From: Lama guanicoe
Taxonomy: Eukaryota
Direction of reading: 5' to 3'
Length of the DNA stretch: 64,000 nucleotides
NCBI GenBank assembly: GCA_013239625.1
Contig: MU053559.1
Span: 682,001 to 746,000 of the forward strand
Position numbers and translations under genes: made by a program. The notes under the pieces were generated by a model. It worked only from the letters and a program-made list of their open reading frames with translations, did not search any database and had not been told where the DNA came from. This document shows, one piece after another, positions 55,096-64,000 of this stretch (position 1 is the stretch's first letter; the number at the start of each line of letters is the position of its first letter).

Positions 55096-55759
55096 TAAGT
55101 CACCGGTACAGTTCCCTTCACTGCGGGAAAGTTTTGTCAATGTAAGTAAATGTTTTAAAAGTGTGTTCTGACCTCTGGTTTAAATATGGGGCATAAAGTC
55201 AGCCTTTTTCCTTTTCATCTCAGTCTTCACCCGAAAGCTACAAGGAGAAGAAGAAGCGGAAGTGTAATCTCTGTATCTGACAAAATTAGGAAACAGCCGA
55301 AACCCCGATTAGAAGGGGCTGCCAGAAGCAGAGGAAATCAAGCACCAGTGCAAGGAGGGTTCAAAGGTTAGAGAGAGTGCTCAAGGCTGCAGATGTGAGA
55401 CAGCACTGGCGAGGACGCAGCCGAGTTTTAGGCTATCCCCTGAGTGCAAGGCCACAGAGATACACAACAGTGGTAACAGGGCACAGGCAAGTGAGGTAGG
55501 ATGTTTCCTGGACCCATTTGGAGTCTCAGGAGAGACAGGCAAGGGCCTCAGCAAGGAATTGCTCAGGCAAGCCATATTTGCAGAAAGTAGTCTATATTCA
55601 TGAGAGGAACAGTTGGCAGGGACTGAGGAAAGAGGAGAGTTCTTGAGAAGAACCCAACAGGTGCCCCTGTTTCCTGACTCTGCAGAAGTCAAGTCTGAAA
55701 GCACTGCAAAATGGAAAAAAGAATCCCCATTAGAAAAACTGATTGGCCTAGAACGTAGC

Positions 55760-56390
55760 CCCATTTCCTTCCCCTACCTGAACTTCCAGCAAACAGCAAG
55801 TCCAGGAAAAACTCTTACTCAAATGAGGAATGATTCCAAAGTCATCAAACGCACAAGTGCACACGGCTTTTGAGCTAGCAGTTCCCCGTCTAGGAATGTA
55901 TATAGTCACGCATGTACAAAATGATGGACACATAGAGGTATTCAATGACGCACTGCTGGTGAAAGCAAAGATTGGGAGCTTTCCACATGGCTCCTGAAAT
56001 CCTGCAATGTCCCTATGGCAAACTTTTTGGTAGACACAAATGAATAAATATATGAAGAGAACTTGGACACCACTTTGTGTAGCAGTACACAAACATTAGG
56101 TGAGAAAAAAAGCAAGGTTGCAGGAGAGTGAGGATAATCTGCTACCATTTGTATACAAAAAGGAGAACAAATGGTAAGTAAGTACGTGATCAAGTGTATT
56201 CACATAAACTCTTTCTGGAAAGATAAACGAGAAGCTGGGAACCCTGATTACCTCTGGGAAAGGGAAGGGGCAGCGGGTGGCTTGGGGGAAGGAATTGGGA
56301 GAGAGACAGCTGTATATCCTTTCAGAACTTTAGAAAATTGTACTATGTGGATGTTATTAACTTTTCAAAAAATAAAACTTTTAAAACACA
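55760..56390 (+). mobile_element. Old L1M 3' end within the probable ZNF182 3' UTR
   Basis: Degenerate ORF2-end and 3' UTR motifs (CTAGCAGTTCCCCGTCTAGGAATGTAT; GTATTCAATGACGCACTGCTGGTGAAAGCAAA). Confidence 0.55.
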
Positions 56391-56580
56391 TTTTGTTCCA
56401 TTACTGTTATAATGAAGTCAGATTCTAGATGCAGGATTTCATAACCTTTAATATAGATATGCTCAATGTGGAGTTTAATTTTTTTTAGAGTCAATAAATT
56501 GAATCATCAATCAGACAAAACAGATACCCAGTCAGTTCCAGAGGCACACTGGCATTATTGTCTTGAGGGTGCCAAATAAA
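56371..56580 (+). terminator. Cluster of candidate ZNF182 polyadenylation signals
   Basis: AATAAA at 56371-56376, 56493-56498 and 56575-56580 (also 56043-56048). Sequence alone does not show which is used. Confidence 0.5.
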
Positions 56581-59309
56581 GTGATTCTCAGGTCAGCTGG
56601 GACCTGCATTCTGCCGATCTAAAATTATTGAAACTGGAACACGTTTCTTGCTTAGTGTGCACAGTGCCATCTGGGAAAATACCCTGAACTAAATCCTGCC
56701 GATGCCCTTCCACATCTTAAAATGATTTAAATGACTTCATTCGTGCGTGTGTGCGCATTCTTTTTACAAACGCTGTAAAGCATAAATCCAGAGAGGTTGG
56801 GTAACTTGCCCCACAAGTCACACTTCCACTGGGCATATTTTCCAAGGGGAGAGACAGATTGAGAGCCGTGGTCTTAATGGACACAGCCAAAGACCACGTA
56901 ACAGCACTTTTGCTCCAGAATGAAAGGTCCCACTGTGTGAATGACCATACATGTGGCCCTCACCCTACTGTAGGTTTCCACTGAGACCATCATCTTGGTG
57001 GTGGAACTGAGCAAATCAAGCTGTGGAAACCCTGGGCATGCTCAGTGTTTTGATGTAACAGAACAGGTGGGTGAGTCAGACCTGAGACCCTGCCTGTGCC
57101 CTCCCAGGCCTTGTTTTTGCCTCTAAATTATCCTGCAGGAAAATGAGCAGTGGGCTCATTTTCTATGAACTACAAAAGTCAGACATGCCAAATTTAGTGT
57201 CCTTCCAGGGAGAAGGAAGCTTCAGGAAGGAATGTGGGCTGGCTTCCTTGCTCCTGGTGCAGTCTGCTGAGGGGACACCTGAGGGCACTAGGAATGAAAC
57301 ATCTCATCTTCCTGCTGATAGAGAATATTCCTGGGGTTTCAGGCCCATCAGAGGTCATCCTGGGATGGGGTGGGGGTCAGATCTTGCCATTTCAGTTTGA
57401 TCTTGGACTCCTGCTTCCTGGGACCCAGAAGTCAATCTGATGGGCTGTGTGGGTAAGTGGAGGTGAGTGAGGCAGGGACCCAGAGGGGAAGGGGTGGGGA
57501 TGAATAGCAGGATGTGGATAAATGGACTGGAATTGCGAGAGAGAGACTAGGGTGATGAAGGGTGAGTGTGGGAATAGGGGTATGAGAGGCAGAGTTGGGG
57601 TGAATGGGGAAGAGTAGGGAGAAATGGAAGTATCTGGTAGAGTGAATTACTGGCGAAGAAACAGTTGAGCGTAAGTAAATCTGAGCAGTGCCGGGGAGAG
57701 TGGGAGTGAATAGTTTAAGCAGACAGAGTGGATGTTGGAAATGTGGACAGAGTGAAGTAAGCTGGGAGTGAGATGAGGCACGGGGGGAGTGACAGTGGTG
57801 AATGGGGCAGAGTAAAGAGGCGTGTGACCATGCGGCAGAGCGTTAATAAGGGCAAAGGAAGACTGGGCAGGCGCCATGGGGCAGACCGTGAGAACTGGCG
57901 AGTGCCCTGGGCTCTGTCACAAGTAAGGGGTATCTGTGGAGCTGGGCTGTAGGGTCTCGAAGTCTTAGTGATGCAGCATCTCGTGGTGGTGGTGATGAGG
58001 AGTTGCTGAGGACCAAGTGAGTGGAGGAGGTGGCCTCAAAGAGGAGCTGCCCCAGGCCCCCATGGTGACCACAGGTATGTGGGATGGGAACAGCTTGTGA
58101 CCAGGACACAGTGCTCAGTGAACATCCCCTCCGTTTTAACAACATGCAGGGAGGGCAAGGCCCCCCTGATCAACCTCCCTCAAATCATCTCTGTTGTGCC
58201 CTTAGACCAGCCCTCAGTCCTGCCCCCTTCCATTATTTATGCCAGTTATTAAATGTGTCTTATTGCTTTAATAAACCTCTAAAATGATATTCATTATAAT
58301 TCCTCTTCAACTTGTTCCCTAGGATCCTCAAGACTACTCTGGGATCCCTAAGATCAGCCCTGTGATCCTTGATTGGCCCTATGACCACCCACGTCACTAC
58401 TGTGCCCCTAATATTTAACCAGTTATTTCATATTGTTGTCTTATTTCTTTAGGAAAAATCTCCAAACTGAATTATGATCCCTCTCACTTCATCCTTTGGG
58501 ACTTATTAATATGGAAAACTTGCTTGATACAATGATGGACCTCAATATCGTAAAAGGCAACCCATCCTCAGAGATCTCAGAATTTAAAGGCTTAGAGACC
58601 AAAATCAAATGCTCAGGTCATGTGGATTATTAGATCAATTTAAGATACAAAAATTTCTATATTAAAAAAAAAACACCAAGAAAGAAAGGGAAAGAGATGG
58701 GGTAAGTTAACACACTTAGGATAGGGTGCAAACAGGCAGAAGGACCACATTTCTTCAGTATTTTATGTAATGTTCATACACCATGTGCCTGTCTTCCTGT
58801 TTTGTCAGCCTCATTGGTTAGGACTAGAGTTGAGGTTTGAACAAGGGACCCAATTAGACTTGTGCCCAGGGCCAAAGACATATTTCATTTGCCTCAACTG
58901 TAGCTCACCAATCAGCCTGCAGTCATGGCTTTGATGTTCAGTGGAACCATATGGAGTGGCACTAATTGGTGGCTGATTTCAGTAAAACGTAGCTGTCAGC
59001 TCAGGTGGTAATATACGTTATGACTTGGTGTTCACCTTCCTATCTTTCTGTAACTCGTTTGTTCCATCATATATTCCATTCATTCTCTTTAGTGTATCCT
59101 ACTAGCTGATCAGTTGCTAACTATAATTTAACACATTTTATGGATTCTGCCTGTGTCTAAAAAACTACTTGCTTATTCATCATCTGTACTTCATACATCT
59201 TCTGAGTTCTGCTCAGGTCTCAAGCTTCTAGCTTACTATCTATGTGTAACACTTCTTAGGAGCTTCCTCCATCCCATTTGTTTCCCTGTCCTTTAGAAGT
59301 GAAGCAACA

Positions 59310-59965
59310 AAGAAAATCAAGTTTTTTGAAAAGATTAATAGAAGTGAGAAAGCCTAGACTGATCAAGAGAACAAAGGGAAAACATAAATGTTCAAATCAG
59401 GAATGATGTAGTGGATATCACTACAGATTTTAGAAACAAAGGAATTATGAAAAAACTAGGCCAGTAAAGTTGATAACTTAGTTGATGTAATTAATAAGGG
59501 AAAAATATAATGATCTCTATAGATGTAGAAAAAGGATCTCATAAAATTCAATACACTTTCATAATATGAATTCTTAGCAAACTAGGAATAGAAGAGGACT
59601 TCCTTGGTCTGATAAAAGGGTGTGTTAAAAAAAAAGCAGCAAAGACTTAATGATGACATGGTAAAAATGTTCCTCCTGAGATTAGGAATCAGTGCTCTGC
59701 CCACTTCTGAATTATTCAACACTGTACTGGAGGCCTTGGTCAGTGAAATAAAGGAAGACAAAGAAAAACAGTAATGACTGGAAAGGAATAAATAAAACTC
59801 TCAATGTCTGCAGATGACGTGTATACACAGAAAATCCAAAATTTCTCTATAGATAAATTATTACAATAAGTGAATTTAGCAGAATTGCTAAATATAAGCT
59901 CAAATTACAGGAATTGGTTTTCTATGTGCCGACAACAACCAACTAGGAAACAAAGACACCATAGC
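59310..59965 (+). mobile_element. Old L1 ORF2 fragments
   Basis: A-rich sense strand with GATATCACTACAGA, AAAATTCAATACACTTTCAT and TGCAGATGAC (FADD-region) motifs. Confidence 0.7.
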
Positions 59966-60598
59966 TTCAATTTTGGGGATCAGAAACAACTGAGGGGGCC
60001 ATATAATGGAGGTACTTGAAAGGAGGAGTTTACATCTGGGTGGGGTGGGGTCTGACTGTCAAACACAGGGAACAAACACCATGAGACTTCTCACAAAGAT
60101 GAGAGAAGCAGAAGAAACGAAAGTCACAAAGTTAAGGACAGATGTCTAAGTGTCTGGTTGCAGAAGGAAAGGAGGGAAGGGGAAAATGACCTAGAAAGGC
60201 TTGTTCCAGCTGAAAGAGGCAGGGATCAGAGCCTGAGGACACTGCAGGCAGGCAGGCAGGGTTCTTTCTCAAAGCCAAGCAAAGCATTGGGGAGACACGT
60301 GGAGAGGTTTAATCTGAGGAGCTCACACGTGTCCTGTGACAGCCAAGAGCCCTACCTCATCTCTTTTAGGGAAGATCATGGCATGTCGACGGCACATCAA
60401 GGGAACCTCTTCCTCACCAGCTGGAATCTTCCATCCACCATCCCCCATCTTTCTAGTGCTCACTCACCTTTATGACTTCAGATTTTTCTCTCTGCTAACC
60501 AATGTTCTCTTCTTTCCCAAACACAAAGATTAGGTCTGGTTTGGTAACTTGATACCCTGGTAAGAGGACATGATTCAGGATTTAAGGCACCTGCTTGG

Positions 60599-60988
60599 CC
60601 CTCATGCCATACACAAAAATAAACTCAAAATGCCTTAAAGATTTAAACCTAAGACAGGACACCATAAATCGCCTAGAAGAGAACACAGGCAAAAACATTC
60701 TCTTACATAAATCAATGTTTTCCTAGGGCAGTCTACCAAGGCAATAGAAATAAAAGCAAAAATAAACAAATGGGACCTAATTAGACTCGAAAGCTTACAC
60801 AGCAAAGGAAACCATAAGCAAAACGAAAAGACAACTTATGGGCTGGAAGGAAATGTTTGCAAATGACGCGACTGACAGGGGCTTAACTTCCAGAATATAC
60901 AAACAGCTCATACAACAAAAAAACAAATAACCCAATCCAAAAGTTGGCAGAAGACCTAAACAGACCTTTCTCCAATGCAGACAGACAG
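60599..60988 (+). mobile_element. Tailless internal L1 ORF2 fragment with 15-bp TSD
   Basis: TSD AAGGCACCTGCTTGG at 60584-60598 and 60989-61003; the insert is ORF2 3'-region sequence with no 3' UTR or poly(A). Confidence 0.85.
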
Positions 60989-61190
60989 AAGGCACCTGCT
61001 TGGGGGCCTCTGAAGACTGAGGAAAGGGCAGCTTCAGTGACTACACAACAAAGCTGCTCAATTATATCCCAGCGAAGTCTGGCCATTTCCCTGGGAAGGT
61101 AAGAGAACAATTTCAGCACTTCAGAGGTAAGACGTTCCCATTTATCTTTTCCTCATCACCCAAAGGGATAATGGTTCACAGACTGGCCCC

Positions 61191-61566
61191 TGTACACAGA
61201 GGACGAGGAAAGATGGAAGAAAGAGGGAGACCACTCCAGATTGGTAGGTGGCAGTTTTAATAAACAAGGGAACTTACACTTGAGGCTTGTCTCGGGCAGC
61301 TGCAAGACAGCAGATCTCCATACCTGCCAGCCAGAACCTTGAAAGTTTATATAGAGGACTTAATGGGGTCCAGCCACATATATCAATCAGATGGTCTCAG
61401 TAGCACACTACTATCTCAAGGCTGTGTCCTTGAAAATGGCTCCAGCTTTGGGATCAGTGAGAAGAACGTACATTCCAAGAACAGGGGAGGGGGTGAGGAG
61501 CCTCCAATTGCCCAGGTCTAGCTCCTAGGTCTACTGGAGGTCACGTCCTCTCAATGACCTCCTCCA
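61191..61566 (-). mobile_element. 3' LTR of an ERV-S-like provirus
   Basis: Polypurine tract AAAGGGTGGAGGG (61580-61568) precedes TG at 61566. TATATAAA at about 61353-61346, ATTAAA at 61261-61256, terminal TACA at 61191. Confidence 0.75.
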
Positions 61567-64000
61567 GCCCTCCACCCTTTGTGACTGGCTCTTCCCATCT
61601 TATGTGTCCCCTTCTTCCATGATGTGCCCTGAATGGTCAGCAAGGGGTTTCACTAGCATGGAGGTGGCTCATCTGGTGGCTGTCTGGCTGCACTGGAGGC
61701 AGATGCCACAGCAACCATATAGGCACATGCAAGAGAAAACAGATTAAGATAATAATTCCCAAAATAAGTAACAATTTTTTCCAGCAAGTGCCTCATCATC
61801 CAAACAACTGATTTAATTCCCCTAGGCTAGGGGTCCAATCACTCAGGGCATTCATTCATTTGTGGCCCCATGAGATTTAATAAAGATGACACATCAGGAA
61901 ACTCATCAGGTATGAACACACAACATTGTTTGGATAATGTTAATCATGTCCGAGGCCATCACATTTTGGAGGACAGCTTTTCTCATTAGAGACATTTCAG
62001 TGTTCAGTAAAGGCAGGTTTTGAGACTATCTTATAAGGCTTGCTGGGTGAATTTAGTGAGGACTTCTATGTATGCTATAACGTCCCCAGACCAATGGAGG
62101 GAAGAAAGATGGCAGCCAAATCATCCTATAAGTGGAAAACAGAACGTGCCCATCTGGCTTTGAGGAGAAAGAGGCTGACAGCTTTAGGAACCTGACCTGG
62201 TTATGCATACATGTTGGCCAGAAAGGTGGCACTGTCAGGCATGAAAAGATGGACTCGGGGCAGGATATGCCAGAGCAGGGCTCCTTTTTTCCCTCCTCTT
62301 TCAATGGTGCCTGTTCCACTCCAGTTACAGCACATTGCAACAGGTGCGGCTTACAGCAGGACAATGGGGTCCCAGCAGAGACTGAGCAGTTACCCCTTAC
62401 CCAGGGGTGCAAAGGAACTCTTCCATCCCGGTGGGACATCCCACTGCAAATTCCAGTAGATAACGCCTTTCCCAGATGTGACGAGGCTTGGTCTTCTCAG
62501 CAGTGCAGCATGTTGATCCACAGTTGGAGTCGGGGCAATGGCTGTCTCTCTTGACTTCCATACCTATACGGTTTTGGGTGTCTGCAAGCCACACCTGGTG
62601 GGTGTCCCCAGTATGACAAATGGGGCAACTGGCCCTGCTGGTTGATCAGTCAAATCGATTAAAGCGTGGGACAGCACTTCAGTCCACCCAGCCAAAGTGG
62701 TTTTACCTGTTTGCAAGTCAATCTGCCGCTTTAATATGCCCGCCTTCCTTCCTATCAACCTTGCTGTTTATGAGCTGTCAACGGGATAGAGCCTCCGTTC
62801 AGTATCATGATTTTTGCCCAATCTCGCACATCATGACCTTTGAAATGAGACCCCTGATCACTGTCTAATCAATGAGGGTATCTGTACGTGGTACTCAGCT
62901 CCTCTAATCCCTAACGGTGGCAGCCTGGTTTATGCGGCAACAGGGGAAAGCTTGGCTTAGGCCAGATGCAGTGTCCACACAAACCAAGGCATTTTTAGAA
63001 CTCTCGCTCAGAGGGAGGAGTCCGGTATTATCAATCTGCCAATCTCTCATCAGTTGGGAACGCCAGTGGATGGCCCCAGACTCTGTGGGCAGCTGCCTTG
63101 GGCGCTGTGTAGAACACACAGGACATTCTGTTCCTGCACTAACCGAGCCATTGCATTTCAAGGGCAACCTAGCATCTTTGGCAATAAACCATCCCACCTG
63201 GGTGCTACAGTAGCTGCTTTTCCTCTGCACCCAATCTGTTGTGTTTACTAAAGTGTCAGTTACTAGGTCATGCACCTGAGCTGGGGCATCAGCTTCCTGA
63301 TACCAGGGGGTGTCAGTGCCTCATGAACTGGGGCGTGCAAGACAGTGAGGACTGGCTCAGCCTCTTGCAGGTGAATCCAAATGTCTTTTCACATATCCTG
63401 ACCCCACGAGGGCTTATTCATGATCATCCGCCTCTCAGCTTTCCATTGGCCAAGCCACAGGGGTTAAGCCCTTTAGAACAGCCCAACTGTTGGTGCAAAG
63501 GGTTAATAGCCAGGGCTCATGAGTGATCACTGGACTGCTCTGAGTTCAGCCCACTGCCTGCTGTGGTTTGTTCCTGGTTCCAGGCATCTGTATACCCAGC
63601 ATCAGTGGGGATTTCCCCCACTCCCACTCTATAAGCTGCAGGGATCACCGTAGGAATCGGGATGGGGCATCCGGAAGATCTACATACTCTACAGGGCCTA
63701 GTAGCACCTGCATTTCTAAAGAGAGTGGGCTGGCGGACAGGGTGCTCCTTTGCTGCAAACGGGCATGTCACTAAGTCAAAGTGAGGGGTCTGAGTCATGG
63801 CAGAGGTGGGTCAATGGAACATATTCTCAATCCACCCCTGGGCAGGAAGGGATGTTCTATCATGATGCTGTTGCTTTGTGAGAGGCTCTGCCTGGAGAAG
63901 CGCTGTGGTCACTGCTAGGAGCTGCTGCTCTGGGGTGTATCAGGTTTCTGCCCCCTTTCAGAGCTGGGAACGAAATCCTAAGGGTTCTCTCCCCTGTTTT
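61567..64000 (-). mobile_element. ERV-S-like (class III) proviral interior: RNase H, integrase and deleted env; continues past the window end
   Basis: PLGFRSQL*KGAE, YTDA, CTNSWAV, WQIDNTGLLP...VCVDTASG, DSDQGSHF. Then env furin site RWAR (62155-62144), KAVLQNVMASD, CCVFIPDE and a hydrophobic anchor. Stops and frameshifts throughout. Confidence 0.85.

Overview
This is mammalian genomic DNA, not prokaryotic. Seven copies of a tRNA-Ala-like SINE of the Vic-1 type point to a camelid. The gene pair matches the eutherian Xp11 SPACA5/ZNF182 locus (both are inferences from recalled family knowledge; no searches were run). Two intact spliced genes are present. SPACA5 (minus strand, 4 coding exons 24466-26610, 160 aa) is a c-type lysozyme-like sperm protein. 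ZNF182 (plus strand, coding exons 33530-55095, about 620 aa) has KRAB-A, KRAB-B and 14 C2H2 fingers. The two are arranged head-to-head around a CpG-island promoter near 31.9-32.2 kb. A decayed KRAB-ZNF pseudogene (19992-22578, plus) has fingers resembling ZNF182 and ends tail-to-tail with SPACA5. Most remaining sequence is transposon-derived: nested ERV remnants at 1-15 kb, an ERV-S-like provirus at 61.2-64 kb, solo LTRs, L1 fragments, SINEs, MIRs and Tigger-type elements, plus one 205-N gap. I see no new multi-gene system and no intact retroviral ORF. The best leads are a sense-oriented, TSD-flanked solo LTR with intact TATA and CCAAT boxes just upstream of SPACA5, the ZNF182-like pseudogene, class III ERVs carrying gamma-type env, a hidden 32-bp minisatellite, and several atypical L1 insertion structures. 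Repeat family names and repeat boundaries without a stated TSD are approximate.
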